The notes under the pieces: generated by a model
Told to the model about the DNA's origin: nothing
Seen by the model: the letters and a program-made list of their open reading frames with translations, nothing else
Database searches by the model: none
In this document: positions 1-15,688 of the stretch, piece after piece
Layout of the letters: each line of letters begins with the position of its first letter
Numbering within the stretch: position 1 is the stretch's first letter
Assembly (NCBI RefSeq): GCF_008831285.2
Contig: NC_045138.2
Location: forward strand, 9,424,071-9,488,000
Origin: Nymphaea colorata
Taxonomy: Eukaryota
DNA length: 63,930 nt
Direction: 5' to 3'
Position numbers and translations under genes: made by a program

Positions 1-3000
1 AATGAACTTGTGATTTCAATTCCTTAAATCATTCTATTTAGACATAACAACAAGTTAAACGCATTCGATTGCCTACAATAATATGTATATGTATAAAACA
101 CGTAATATATGTATACGAGTGATAAGTATACATAATACATATAACTAATTAAACGCGATCAATTAACTTTACATGATCAAATGAATAACATTTATTTCAT
201 GCATATTCATTTGAACTTGTGATTTGAAACCCTTAAATCATCCAATATAAGTGTAACATATTCAACACATTGGATTAACTATAGTGAAGCAAATGAACTG
301 ATTAAAGTCTCATCTGTATTCATACAAACTTCTGATTTAAGTACATTAAATCAATCATTATAAATTAACAACATGTTCAACACATTGATTAACTATAGGG
401 ATCGAATGAAAGACTTAAATCCTATTCGTATTGATACGAACTTGTGATTTCAATCCCTTAAATCAATCAATATAAATAAAACAAGTTCAACTCATGTTAT
501 TAACAATAAAGGAGCGAATCAATTGCTTAAATTTCATTCATATTCATACAAACGTTTCGTTTCAATACTTTTAACCGTTCAATATAAATGTAACAACAAC
601 TTAAAGTCATTGGATTAACGATAAGTAAGCAAATGAATGCATAACCCCCATTCATTTATATGAACTTGTGATTTCAATTCCTTAAATCGTTCTATGTAGA
701 CATAACAACAAGTTAAACGCATTCGATTACCTACAATAATACGTATATGTATAAAACACGTAATCTATGTATACGAGTGAAAGTATAGGATAATACTATA
801 ACTAATTAAACGCATTCAATTAACTTTACATGATCAAATGAATGACATTTATTTCATGCATATTCATTTGAACTTGTGATTTTGAAACCCTTAAATCATC
901 AAATATAAGCGTAACATGTTCAACACATTGGATTAACTATAGTGAAGCAAATGTATTGATTAAAGTCTCATCTGTATTCATATAAACTTCTGATTTCAGT
1001 ACATTAAATCAATCATTATAAATTAACAACATGTTCAACAATTGGATTAACTATAGGGGATCGAATGAAAGGCTTAAATAAATTCGTATTGATACGAACT
1101 TGTGATTTCAATCTCTTAAATCAATCAATATAAATAAAACAAGTTCAACTCATGTTATTAACAATAAAGGAGCGAATCAATTGCTTAAATTTCATTCATA
1201 TTCATACAAACGTTTCGTTTCAATACTTTTAACCGTTCAATATAAATGTAACAACAACTTAAAGTCATTGGATTAAGGATAAGTAAGCAAATGAATGGCA
1301 TAACCCCCATTCAATTATATGAACTTGTGATTTCAATTCTTTAAATCGTTCTATGTAGACATAACAACAAATTAAACGCATTCGATTGCCTACAATAATA
1401 TGTATATGTATAAAACAAGTAATATATGTATACGATAATACATATAACTAATTAAACGCATTCAATTAACTTTACATGATCAAATGAATAACATTTATTT
1501 CAAGCATATTCATTTGAACTTGTGATTTTGAAACCCATAAATCTTCCAATATAAGCGTAACATGTTCAACACATTGGATTAACTATAGTTAAGCAAATGA
1601 ACTGATTAAGGTCTCATCTGTATTCATACAAACTTGTGATTTCAGTACATTAAATCAATCGTTATAAATTAACAACATGTTGAACACATTGGATTAACTA
1701 TAGGGGATCGAATGAAAGGCTTAAATCCTATTCGTATTGATACGAACTTGTGATTTCAATCCCTTATATCTATCAATATAAATAAAACAAGTTCAACTCA
1801 TGTTATTAACAATAAAGGAGCGAATCAATTGCTTAAATTTCATTTATATTCATACAAACGTTTATTTGCATACTTTTAACCATTCAATGTAAATGTAACA
1901 ACAACTTAAATCATTGATTAACGATAAGTAAGCAAATGAATGGCATAACCCCATTCATTTATATGAACTTGTGATTTCAATTCCTTAAATCGTTTTATGT
2001 AGACATAAAAACAAGTTAAACGCATTCGATTGCCTACAATAATATGTATATGTATAAAACAGTAATATATGTATACGAGTGATAAGTATACGATAATACA
2101 TATAAGTAATTAAACGCGTTCAATTAACTTTACATATCAAATGAATAACATTTATTTCATGCATATTCATTTGAACTTGTGATTTTGAACCCTTAAATCA
2201 TCCAATATAAGCGTAACATGTTCAACACATTGGATTAACTATAGTGAAGCAAATGAACTGATTAAAGTCTCATCTGTATTCATACAAACTTGTAATTTCA
2301 GTACATTAAATCAATCATTATAAATTAACAACATATTGAACACATTGGATTAACTATAGGGATCGAATGAAAGGCTTAAATCCTATTCGTATTGATACGA
2401 ACTTGTGATTTCAATCCTTAAATCAATCAATATAAATAAAACAAGTTCAACTCATGTTATTAACAATAAAGGAGCGAATCAATTGCTTAAATTTCATTAT
2501 ATTCATACAAACGTTTATTTGCATACTTTTAACCGTTCAATGTAAATGTAACAACAACTTAAAGTCATTGGATTAACGATAAGTAAGCAAATGAATGGCG
2601 TAACCCATTCATTTATATGAACTTGTGATTTTAATTCTTACATCGTTCTATGTAGACATAACAACAAGTTAAACGTATTCGATTGCCTAAATAATATGTA
2701 TATGTATAAAACACGTAATATATGTATACGAGAGTAAGTATACGATAATACATATGACTAATTAAACGCGTTCAATTAACTTTACATGATCAAATGAATA
2801 ACATTTATTTCATGCATATTCATTTGAACTTGTGATTTTGAAACCCTTAAATCATCCAATATAAGCGTAACATGTTCAACACATTGGATTAACTATAGTG
2901 AAGCAAATGAATTGATTAAAGTCTCATCTGTATCATACAAACTTGTGATTTCTGTACATTAAATCAATCGTTATAAATTAACAAAATGTTGAACACATTG

Positions 3001-6000
3001 GATTAACTATAGGGGATCGAATGAAAGGCTTAAATCCTATTCGTATTGATACGAACTTGTGATTTCAATCCCTTAAATCAATCAATATAAATAAAACAAG
3101 TTCAACTCATGTTATTAACAATAAAGGAGCGAATCAATTGCTTAAATTTCATTTATATTCATACAAACGTTTCATTTCAATACTTTTAACCGTTCAATGT
3201 AAATGAACAACAACTTAAAGTCATTGGATTAACGATAAGTAAGCAAATGAATGGCATAACCCCCATTCATTTATATGAACTTATGATTTCAATTCCTTAA
3301 ATCGTTCTATTTAGACATAACAACAAGTTAAACACATTCGATTACCTACAATAATACGTATATGTATAAAACACGTAATGTATGTATATGAGTGATAAGT
3401 ATACGATAATACATATAACTAATTAAACGCGTTTAATTAACTTTACATGATCAAATGAATAACATTTATTTCATGCATATTCATTTAAACTTGTGATTTT
3501 GAAACCCTTAAATCATCAATATAAGCATAACATGTTCAACACATTGGATTAATATAGTGAATCAAATGAACTAATTAAAGTCTCATCGTATTCATACAAA
3601 CTTTGATTTCAGTACATTAAATCAATCATTATAAATTAACAACAAGTTGAACACATTGGATTAACTATATGGGATCGAATGAAAGGCTTAAATCCTATTC
3701 GTATTGATACGACTTGTGATTTCAATCCCTTAAATCAATCAATATAAATAAAACAAGTCGAACTCATGTTATTAACAATAAAGGAGCGAATCAATTGCTT
3801 AAATTTCATTCATATTCATACAAACGTTTGTTTCAATACTTTTAACCGTTCAATATAAATGTAACAACAAGTTAAAGTCATTGGATTAACGATAAGTAAG
3901 CAAATGAATGGCATAACCCCCATTCAATTATATGAACTTGTGATTTCAATTCTTTAATTCGTTCTATGTAGACATAACAACAAGTTAAACGCATTCGATT
4001 GCCTACAATCATATGTATATGAATAAAACACGTAATATATGTATACGAGTGATAAGTATACGATAATACATATAACTAATTAAACGCGTTCAATTAACTT
4101 TACATGATCAAATGAATAACATTTATTTCATGCATATTCATTTGAACTTGTGATTTTGAAACCCTTAAATCATCCAATATAAGCGTAACATGTTCAACAC
4201 ATTGGATTAGTGAAGCAAATGAACTAATTAAAGTCTCATCCGTATTCATACAAACTTCTGATTTCAGTACATTAAATCAATCATTATAAATTAACAACAT
4301 GTTGAACACATTGGATTAACTATAGGGGATCGAATGAAAGGCTTAAATCCTGTTCGTATTGATACGAACTTGTTATTTAATCCCTTAAATCAATCAATAT
4401 AAGTAAAACAAGTTCAACTCATGTTATTAACAATAAAGGAGCGAATCAATTGCTTAAATTTCATTCATATTCATACAAACGTTTCGTTTCAATACTTTTA
4501 ACCGTTCAATATAAATGTAACAAAACTTAAAGTCATTGGATTAACGATAAGTAAGCAAATGAATGGCATAACCCCCATTCAATTATATGAACTTGTGATT
4601 TCAATTCTTTAAATCGTTCTATGTAGACATAACAACAAGTTAAACGCATTCGATTGCCTACAATAATATGTATATGTATAAAACAAGTAATATATGTATA
4701 CGGTGACAATATACGATAATACATATAACTAATTAAACGCGTTCAATTAACTTTACATGATCAAATGAATAACATTTATTTCATGCATATTCATTTGAAC
4801 TTGTGATTTTGAAACCCTTAAATCATACAATATAAGCGTAACATGTTCAACACATTGGATTAACTATAGTGAAGCAAATGAATTGATTAAAGTCTCATCT
4901 GTATTCATATAAACTTGTGATTTCAGTACATTAAATCAATCGTTATAAATTAACAACATGTTGCACACATTCGATTAACTATATGGGATCGAATGAAAGG
5001 CTTAAATCTATTCGTATTGATACGAACTTGTGATTTCAATCCCTTAAATCAATCAATATAAATAAAACAAGTTCAACTCATGTTATTAACAATAAAGGAG
5101 CGAATCAATTGCTTAAATTTCATTCATATTCATACAAACGTTTCGTTTTAATACTTTTAACCGTTCAATATAAATGTAACAACAACTTAAAGTCATTGGA
5201 TTAACGATAAGTAAGCAAATGAATTGCATAACCCCCATTTATTTATATGAACTTGTGATTTCAATTTTTAAATCGTTCTATTTAGACATAACAACAAGTT
5301 AAACACATTCGATTACCTACAATAATACGTATATGTATAAAACACGTTATGTATGTATATGAGTGATAAGTATACGATAATACATATAACTAATTAAACG
5401 CGTTCAATTAACTTTACATGATCAAATGAATAACATTTATTTCATGCATATTCATTTAAACTTGTGATTTTGAAACCCTTAAATCATCAAATATAAGCAT
5501 AACATGTTCAACACATTGGATTAAATATAGTAATCAAATGAACTGATTAAAGTCTCATCCGTATTCACACAAACTTTTGATTTCAGTACATTAAATCAAT
5601 CATTATAAATTAACAACAAGTTGAACACATTGGATTAACTATAGGGGATCGAATGAAAGGCTTAAATCCTATTCGTATTGATACGGACTTGTGATTTCAA
5701 TCCCTTAAATCAATCAATATAAATAAAACAAGTCTAACTCATGTTATTAACAATAAAGGAGCGAATCAACTGCTTAAATTTCTTTCATATTCATACAAAT
5801 GTTTCGTTTCAATACTTTTAACCGTTCAATATAAATGTAACAACAAGTTAAAGTCATTGGATTAACGATAAGTAAGCAAATGAATGGCATAACCCCCATT
5901 CAATTATATGAACTTGTGATTTCAATTCTTTAAATCGTTCTATGTAGACATAACAACAAGTTAAACGCATTCGATTGCCTACAATAAAATGTATATGTAT

Positions 6001-9000
6001 AAAACAAGTAATATATGTATACGGGTGACAAATATACGATAATACATATAACTAATTAAACGCGTTCAATTAACTTTACATGATCAAATGAATAACATTT
6101 ATTTCGTGCATATTCATTTGAACTTGTGATTTTGAAACCCTTAAATCATCCAATATAAGCGTAACATGTTCAACAGATTGGATTAACTATAGTGAAGCAA
6201 ATGAATTGATTAAAGTCTCATCTGTATTCATATAAACTTGTTATTTCAGTACATTAAATCAATCGTTATAAATTAACAACATGTTGCACACATTGGATTA
6301 ACTATAGGGGATCGAATGAAAGGCTTAAATCCTATTCGTATTGATACGAACTTGTGATTTCAATCCCTTAAATCAATCAATATAAATAAAACAAGTTCAA
6401 CTCATGTTATTAACAATAAAGGAGCGAATCAATTGCTTAAATTTCATTCATATTCATACAAACGTTTCGTTTCAATACTTTTAATCGTTCAATATAAATG
6501 TAACAACAATTTAAAGTCATTGGATTAACGATAAGTAAGCAAATGAATTGCATAACCCCCATTCATTTATATGAACTCGTGATTTCAATTCCTTAAATCG
6601 TTCTATTTAGACATAACAACAAGTTAAACACATTTGATTACCTACAATAATACGTATATGTATAAAACACGTAATGTATGTATATGAGTGATAAGTATAC
6701 GATAATACATATAACTAATTAAACGCGTTCAATTAACTTTACATGATCAAATGAATAACATTTATTTCATGCATATTCATTTAAACTTGTGATTTTGAAA
6801 CCCTTAAATCATCAAATATAAGCATAACATGTTCAACACATTGGATTAAATATAGTGAATCAAATGAACTGATTAAAGTCTCATCCGTATTCATACAAAC
6901 TTTTGATTTCAGTACATTAAATCAATCATTATAAATTAACAACAAGTTGAAGACATTGGATTAACTATAGGGGATTGAATGAAAGGCTTAAATCCTATTC
7001 GTATTGATACGGACTTGTGATTTCAATCCATTAAATCAATCAATATAAATAAAACAAGTCCAACTCATGTTATTAACAATAAAGGAGCGAATCAATTGCT
7101 TAAATTTCATTCATATTCATACAAACGTTTCGTTTCAATACTTTTAACCGTTCAATATCAATATAACAACAAGTTAAAGTCATTGGATTAACGATAAGTA
7201 AGCAAATTAATGGCATAACCCTCATTCATTTATATGAACTTTTGATTTCAATTCCTTAAATCATTCTATGTCGACATAACAACAAGTTAAACGCATTCGA
7301 TTGCCTACAATAAAATGTATATGTATAAAACAAGTAATATATGTATACGGGTGACAAATATACGATAATACATATAACTAATTAAACGCGTTCAATTAAC
7401 TTTACATGATCAAATGAATAACATTTATTTCGTGCATATTCATTTGAACTTGTGATTTTGAAACCCTTAAATCATCCAATATAAGCGTAACATGTTCAAC
7501 ACATTGGATTAACTATAGTGAAGCAAATGAATTGATTAAAGTCTCATCTGTATTCATATAAACTTGTTATTTCAGTACATTAAATCAATCGTTATAAATT
7601 AACAACATGTTGCACACATTGGATTAACTATAGGGGATCGAATGAAAGGCTTAAATCCTATTCGTATTGATACGAACTTGTGATTTCAATCCCTTAAATC
7701 AATCAATATAAATAAAACAAGTTCAACTCATGTTATTAACAATAAAGGAGCGAATCAATTGCTTAAATTTCATTCATATTCATACAAACGTTTCGTTTCA
7801 ATACTTTTAATCGTTCAATATAAATGTAACAACAATTTAAAGTCATTGGATTAACGATAAGTAAGCAAATGAATTGCATAACCCCCATTCATTTATATGA
7901 ACTCGTGATTTCAATTCCTTAAATCGTTCTATTTAGACATAACAACAAGTTAAACACATTTGATTACCTACAATAATACGTATATGTATAAAACACGTAA
8001 TGTATGTATATGAGTGATAAGTATACGATAATACATATAACTAATTAAACGCGTTCAATTAACTTTACATGATCAAATGAATAACATTTATTTCATGCAT
8101 ATTCATTTAAACTTGTGATTTTGAAACCCTTAAATCATCAAATATAAGCATAACATGTTCAACACATTGGATTAAATATAGTGAATCAAATGAACTGATT
8201 AAAGTCTCATCCGTATTCATACAAACTTTTGATTTCAGTACATTAAATCAATCATTATAAATTAACAACAAGTTGAAGACATTGGATTAACTATAGGGGA
8301 TTGAATGAAAGGCTTAAATCCTATTCGTATTGATACGGACTTGTGATTTCAATCCATTAAATCAATCAATATAAATAAAACAAGTCCAACTCATGTTATT
8401 AACAATAAAGGAGCGAATCAATTGCTTAAATTTCATTCATATTCATACAAACGTTTCGTTTCAATACTTTTAACCGTTCAATATCAATATAACAACAAGT
8501 TAAAGTCATTGGATTAACGATAAGTAAGCAAATGAATGGCATAACCCCCATTCAATTATATGAACTTGTGATTTCAATTCTTTAAATCGTTCTATGTAGA
8601 CATAATAACAAGTTAAACGCATTTGATTGCCTACAATAATATGTATATGTATAAAACAAGTAATATATGTATACGATAATACATATAACTAATTAAACGC
8701 ATTCAATTAACTTTACATTATCAAATGAATAACATTTATTTCATGCATATTCATTTGAACTTGTGATTTTGAAACTCATAAATCATCCAATATAAGCGTA
8801 ACATGTTCAACACATTGGATTAACTATAGTGAAGCAAATGAATTTATTAAAGTCTCTTCTGTATTCATACAAACTTGTGATTTCAGTACATTAAATCAAT
8901 CGTTATAAATTAACAACATGTTGAACACATTGGATTAACTATAGGGGATCGAATGAAAGGCTTAAATCCTATTCGTATTGATACGAACTTGTGATTTCAA

Positions 9001-10558
9001 TCCCTTAAATCAATCAATATAAATAAAACAAGTTCAACTCATGTTATTAACAATAAAGGAGTGAATCAATTGCTTAAATTTCATTTATATTCATACAAAC
9101 GTTTTATTTTGCATACTTTTAACCGTTCAATGTAAATGTTACAACAATTTAAAGTCATTGGATTAACGATAAGTAAGCAAATGAATGACGTAACCCCCAT
9201 TCATTTATATGAACTTGTGATTTCAATTCCTTAAATCATTCTATGTAGACATAACAACAAGTTAAACGCATTCGATTGCCTACAATAATATGTATATGTA
9301 TAAAACACGTAATATATGTATACGAGTGATAAGTATACGATAATACATATAACTAATTAAACACGTTCAATTAACTTTACATGATCAAATGAATAACATT
9401 TATTTCATGCATATTCATTTGAACTTGTGATTTTGAAACCCTTAAATCATCCAATATAAGCGTAACATGTTCAACACATTGGATTAACTATAGTGAAACA
9501 AATGAACTGATTGAAGTCTCATCTGTATTCATACAAACTTGTGATTTCAGTACATTAAATTAATCATTATAAATTAACAAAATGTTGAACACATTGGATT
9601 AACTATAGGTGATCAAATGAAAGTCCTAAATCATATTCGTATTGATACGAACTTGTGATTTCAATCCCTTAAATCAATCAATATAAATAAAACAAGTTCA
9701 ACTCATGTTATTAACAATAAAGGAGCGAATCAATTGCTTAAATTTCATTCATATTCATACAAACGTTTCATTTCAATACTTTTAACCGTTCAATGTAAAT
9801 GTAACAACAACTTAAAGTCATTGGATTAACGATAAGTAAGCAAATGAATGACATAACCATTCATTTATATGAACTTGTGATTTCAATTTCTTAAATCGTT
9901 TTATGTAGACATAACAACAAGTTAAACGCATTCGATTGCCTACAATAATATGTATATGTATAAAACACGTAATATATGTGTACGAGTGATAAGTATACGA
10001 TAATACATATAACTAATTAAACGCGATCAGTTAACTTTACATGATCAAATGAATAACATTTATTTCATGTATATTCATTTGAACTTGTGATTTTGAAACC
10101 CTTAAATCATCCAATATAAGCGTAACATGTTCAACACATTGGATTAACTATAGTGAAGCAAATGAACTGATTAAAGTCTCATCTGTATTCATATAAACTT
10201 GTGATTTCAGTACATTAAATCAATCATTATAAATTAACAACATGTTGAACACATTGGATTAACTATAGGGGATCAAATGAATGACTTAAATCCTATTCGT
10301 ATTGATACGAACTTGTAATTTCAATCCCTTAAATCAATCAATATAAATAAAACAAGCCCAACTCATCTTATTAACAATAAAGGAGCGAATCAATTGCTTA
10401 AATTTCATTCATATTCATACAAATGTTTCGTTTTAATACTTTTAACCGTTCAATATAAATGTAACAACAACTTAAAGTCATTGGATTAACGATAAGTAAG
10501 CAAATGAATTGCATAACCCCCATTCATTTATATGAACTTGTGATTTCAATTCCTTAAA
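1..10558. repeat. Satellite tandem array, ~660-bp unit (~16 copies), each made of ~6 diverged ~110-bp subunits; continues left of the window
   Basis: ATGAACTTGTGATTTCAATT recurs at about 2, 660, 1320, 1963, 2618, 3275, 3932, 4588, 5248, 5909, 6571, 7233, 7898, 8561, 9210, 9870 and 10533. Related motifs (GAACTTGTGATTT...TTAAATC...TTGGATTAAC) recur about every 110 bp within each unit. Confidence 0.97.
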
Positions 10559-10899
10559 TATTCATCCATTGTCATATACACTATGTTTGTTTGAGGTGGA
10601 CGTGAATCCATGATCGCACCAGCAAGACGATGCTTGGATTGTCATTCTAACTTAATCGATTCCCATCAAACAAGCCCAAGCAAACCTGCCTACAACTAAA
10701 GTTTGGATTTGATGTCCAACCCAATCAATTTCTCAGCTTCATATCCTGTTAGTACTTATGGTGGAACCATCACATAGAAAAATGTAACACGGATTATTTG
10801 AATCTTGAACTGTTAATTCCAAATCTGATTATGTACGATCTGGTAGTCTTCGACTCAAACCGGTTTCCACATGATCATTTCGGAAGCCGACTTCCCGAT

Positions 10900-11390
10900 T
10901 CGATTATTGCCCGTGTCTTAGAGCCGTTTCAAAAGACAAAGGAAAAAGGGAGACCGGGCATTTAGTCATTTTCTTGTTCTTCAAGCTCTCTCTCATTCTC
11001 TTTCCCCTTCTCTTTGAGCTCATTCGCAGGGCGAAACCAGGAGCAGATGACGCAGGACATGGAGACCGCCTCTCTATCAATACTCGTTCACTTCTCCCGT
11101 TCGTCAGCGTAATCATCCCCTAATCCCCATTTCTTTGCTTCTTTCTTGGGTATCGATCTGGTTTTGAAGCCCTGTTTCTTGTTTTCCTGGGTGAAAAGAT
11201 CTGAAAGAGATCGGGACCCTGATCGACACGGGGGCGTACACGAAGAAGGTACGCCGGATCGTTCGTGCCGTCTACCACACGATCACGCTGCACCGCAAGC
11301 TCACTGTGCCAGTCCTCTCGGCATTCCTTCACCACATCTTAGTGTCTGGGTCGGACGTCTTGGTTCAGTTATGTTCCTACCTTCCGAAAG
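10900..11390 (+). promoter_or_regulatory. Possible promoter / 5' non-coding exon
   Basis: GC- and CpG-richer island with CT-rich tracts, ending at a candidate donor (AA/GTAAGT ~11390) and followed by T-rich intron-like sequence. No recognisable protein. Confidence 0.3.
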
Positions 11391-14300
11391 TAAGTCGAAT
11401 CCAGCACATTCTTTATTGGACTTTCAACTGGTTTCCTTGAGGTTGGGTTTTTAATATCTATGGGTTCTGTGTTTGATTAATTGGCTATTTCATTTGTTAC
11501 TTGGGAATGATCTTGTTTCTTTTTCGTTTTTCCAGTAATCATTTATTTAGTTTAGTGAGGTAAAATCGATGTGTAGTTTCATGTGTCGACAGACGGGTAT
11601 GGTTGCATTTGTTTGGGTTGTCTTTTATCATCGACCCTTGTTGTTATAGGTGTCAAATGTGACAATGGTTAGTTATGTGAACTTGGGTTAAATGTTTGCT
11701 TAACTAATGCTTGGTTTGATGGTTCGAAACATTGGATTGATTCTTTTACTAGTGTTTCCTCCAGATATCATAGAATTTTCAGATTTTCACAAAGCTTTTT
11801 GAATTGACGTTCGTAGTTCAGTTATCCCATGGATATGTGAGAGTGTCGTTCTGTGGATGTTTGAGTCTGTTGAAGTAGTAAACAGATGGATTTCTTGAGC
11901 AGTTGAGCAACCTTTTGGGCCTGTAATCTTTCTGTGTGCTTTGGTTCATATATTTTTTCGATCATGTCTGTAGAAAATGCGGAATGTAACCTTTTGGGCC
12001 TGTAACCTTTTGGCATGTAATCTTTCTGTGTGCTTTGGTTCATATATTTCTTGAGCAGTTGAGTTAAGTATTTTTGGGTAGTTTTTCTTTCAGATTTAAT
12101 TGAATGCTTATCGATGTGTTTCACCCGAGTCTATTTGTTTAGTTGGAATGCTAACACTCGTGCTTATTGTGAGCAGTCTTCTGGGTCTTTTTCTGTTTCT
12201 TTTTTTTATTATTTTATTTGGATTGATTGGAATGAGGCATAGAATAACAGTCTTTGCACGATAGAGCTATTTATGTGATTTTAACTTTTTCTCACTTGTG
12301 TACGAGTGGCCTAAAGATGTAAGTATCTAGTGCTGTGGACCTAGAGCTCCTTTTCTCATGCTTTCAGTGCTCTTTGCCATGTTTGGACTTTTCCCCTTTG
12401 AATGGTATCTGCTTATGACGTTTCCTTGTTTCAACACCGGATAAGCTATTGTTTGTAATACTTCATAAAAGAATATGTTGTAAGGCAAAATGATCAAACA
12501 ATGCATGGTAAGGCAAGGATGAGCTGTTTGAGGTTTTGCTGACATGGATAGTTCTTTACTTCTAAAGAAAACTGTTGGACCATGGTTCATAGCACCTGTG
12601 AACTTATCATCTATCTGTATTCTTTTGTTAATTATAAAGGCTTTATTATGAACAAAAACATGCTAAATAGTGGCTCTAGTAAGTTGCAGGAGCTTACACA
12701 CATCAAGGCAAAAGCTTTCACATGTAAACACATTCCCATGATAGATAAACTGACTCTGTGTAAATCCACGATCCTTATTAACTTATATTATCACACAATT
12801 AACAGCGACTTTTATTAAAGCTGCCTATCTAGAGCAAAGGAATAAAATTAGATTGCCTATAGTGTGCTGACAAGCCTGACATATCATGCAAGCATGCTAG
12901 AGATAGTTTGGGTCTTGACCTAAATGGCTAAACCTGTTCAACTAAACAGAATCTGGACAAATATGGACAAAAGGAAAAGGCTCTGTTTCAGAAAGTAGAT
13001 CCGAAGTGAATATGCAAATACTCAGTTTGAATTGGTTCTAACAAACGATCAATCCTGTATTCTTCTGATCCTGTATTCCTATGACTGATGAACTTAAAGA
13101 ATCTACAAAGTTACCTAATGTTAGGTTGTGTATGATATTGACACAGTGGAAAGAGAACTGCTCCTCTACCCACGGTCAATGTCTAAATTAACTAGGAAAA
13201 TCAAAAGAACTGCAAAAACAGAACAAAATAAGGAAACTCAAAAAAGATTAGTGTTTCATTGATTCCAAGACTACATACAGATGAGGCTCTAAACGTCTTT
13301 ATATAACCTAAAATGGACCCCTGGATCTGGATCAAAACAAAGTAACAATCAATCAAACTCTGAAATTGAAACTAAATCTGTTTTTTATTCTCTGTTCCTG
13401 CATCAGATTTACCATAGATATGTTAGACATTATGGTCATTTGTACTTTGTGGAATTTGTCAAGAGTGGGATTTGTTTTTTGGTGCATTTGTCAGAACATG
13501 AACACAAGAAGGAAAATGGTGTTAGCCACTTCAAAATCTTGTTTGGAAAGTGGGAAGCAGGACAGGTTACTTTTTTGGGAAGTGATATGTGAGCTTGTTT
13601 TAGATGAAATAAGTTAATGCATTTGAGCAAAACCTTTAAGAATCAAATATGATAGTTAGAGGCCATAGTTAAGGCCTATAATCAAGATTTCACTTGGAAT
13701 TGATATTCCTGAGGGGCTCCATTCTTCACTTCCTAAGGATCAAGAATAGTGCCAGTTCTGGACAGGCTTAGACCGGACCTACACTGTCATGTTTGTGTGT
13801 GTAAGTTTTTTTTTCTGGTTTCACCATGTCTTTGTATGCAGGATTTTGCCACTCAATGCAACCCCTTCCTCTCTTTCTCTCTACTAGGTTTTATATTTTC
13901 AAAGGAAAACAGTACTTCTGCTTAGCACTAAACAGTTAATTTGTTAGGCATTTGGGTCGATTGATTTTTTGTTTTAAAATAGAAAAATTATTATGTTTAC
14001 TAAGCTGAGACATCTGTATCGACTAATGCATCTTGATGACACTCATAGGCCGGAATGCAAATATCATATCAATGTCAGTTGATCATTTGAATTCGCCACT
14101 TAGGAGTAAGTGTCAATCTGGACATGGTGCTGATGATAATGGGCTTGGTTAGGTTGATTTCTATTGGATCCAATGCTGATCCCTAGTTAGTTACTATGTT
14201 CTGATTGTTCCAAACCTAATCTAAAACATATATTATTCTTGTTTTAATTTTGTTTAACAAAATATCTAAAGATGAACAAGTTATAAAACACAAAAAATAT

Positions 14301-15136
14301 GTTTTAGAAAAAGAAGAAGAAAAATAACCATAGCATGTCTGTCTTATTTGATTATTTATCAAATAATGGGCAGCATAAGTTTATGAGATATAGACACACA
14401 CACACGCACACAAAAATACATCAATGCCTGCACCTATTCTCATCCTTTAGGATGGGTAGTACTTTAGTTTGTGGTTGGCACACATATATGTATGGATGGT
14501 GCAGAACTTGAGTACCTGAAAAAAGTTGATAATAGACCAACTCAGCATGTTTGTAATCAGCACCTGCCTCTTGTCAGGTCTTGCCTAATTTCTTACCCTG
14601 GACCAGGCCTAAGTGGGTTGGATAGCCAACTACCTGATGGTTACAACCCAATCCCCAAGCATATCCTCTCTGTCCTTAGGATGATCGTTGAATAGTCTTG
14701 CTTACTTGCTGTTAGTCTATAATAACTTTGACATGTTGACGTCTCTCTCCCTCTCTCTTTCTCTTGTTCTGCTAGAGTTCTTGCTTTACCTTGTTAATGT
14801 AATCCAGATATGCTGTTTTTTTTCCATAACTAATTTCTGAAATGATGCATACCAGCTTCTCTTTTTTTCTTTTATGGTGGAGGATTTACTGTGATTATCT
14901 TGTGATAGATGTTGTATGAAGAATTTTCTTTTTCCTGTTCTGAGGCTAAGTGAATCCGTGTGCTAGTAACCATGTAAATGGTCAACTTTGACATGGTAAT
15001 TATATGTAGAGAAATTACTTGGACATTATGTTGCATAATGAGAGGCACATCTTTTATCTGTTGTCTACGAAATCCAAAATGTTGTACTTCATTATGTAGT
15101 TTTCTTGATAATTTATCTTTTATATGTTTTCTGCAG

Positions 15137-15600
15137 CTTGTAACTCGTTTGGTATTTGAAAGAAGCAATGCTGATGCAGACGTAAAAGTGGCTGATATCA
15201 TGTCCACTGTTTTGGTTCACCAAGTGATACCAGCATGTGTACCACCAGTGTACCCTCCAAGATTTGGTCATGGTTGGGCTTGTATTCCCCTGATGCCATC
15301 TTCTGGGAGGGCCAGCCTTGACAGAAAATCCCGATCCAATGCTCCTGCAGAAGGCAAGGCTTCAATGCATGGTTTATCGGCCACATCACCTGTAACTCCA
15401 GCATATCCTCTTCAGCTCAATGTAGTCAAGCATCTTGCAACATTGTCTCCAGTGAGGGTTGTGCTGGCCTGTGTATTTGGAAGTAGCATATTATCCAGTG
15501 GCAGTATTTCTTTAGAATCAAAGTCCTCCAATGATTCAATAGCACAGTCTGTTGACAATGATAGACTGTTCTATGAGTTCGCTCTTGATCAGTCATACGG
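15137..15600 (+). pseudogene. Spastizin-like exon remnant 1 (open frame)
   Basis: CTGCAG acceptor at 15131-15136; translates LVTRLVFERS...DRLFYEFALDQS; GT donor at 15601. Confidence 0.85.
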
Positions 15601-15688
15601 GTCTTAGGTTTAATATCAACTATTTTTGCCTATTCTTGTTCTTGTCTATGCTATTGTCATTTAAGTACATTTTTTCAATTTATTGCAG

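Noticed and set aside
1..10558. CRISPR-like array (short motif recurring about every 110 bp)
   Set aside because: The intervening sequences are themselves repeated rather than unique spacers, there are no cas genes, and the context is plant DNA.
13086..13405. Possible solo LTR (TGATG...CATCA)
   Set aside because: Composition is LTR-like, but there is no matching TSD, PBS/PPT or partner in the window.
14978..15607. 209-aa ORF as a standalone gene
   Set aside because: It is intron sequence read into spastizin-like exon remnant 1, and the next exon is disrupted.
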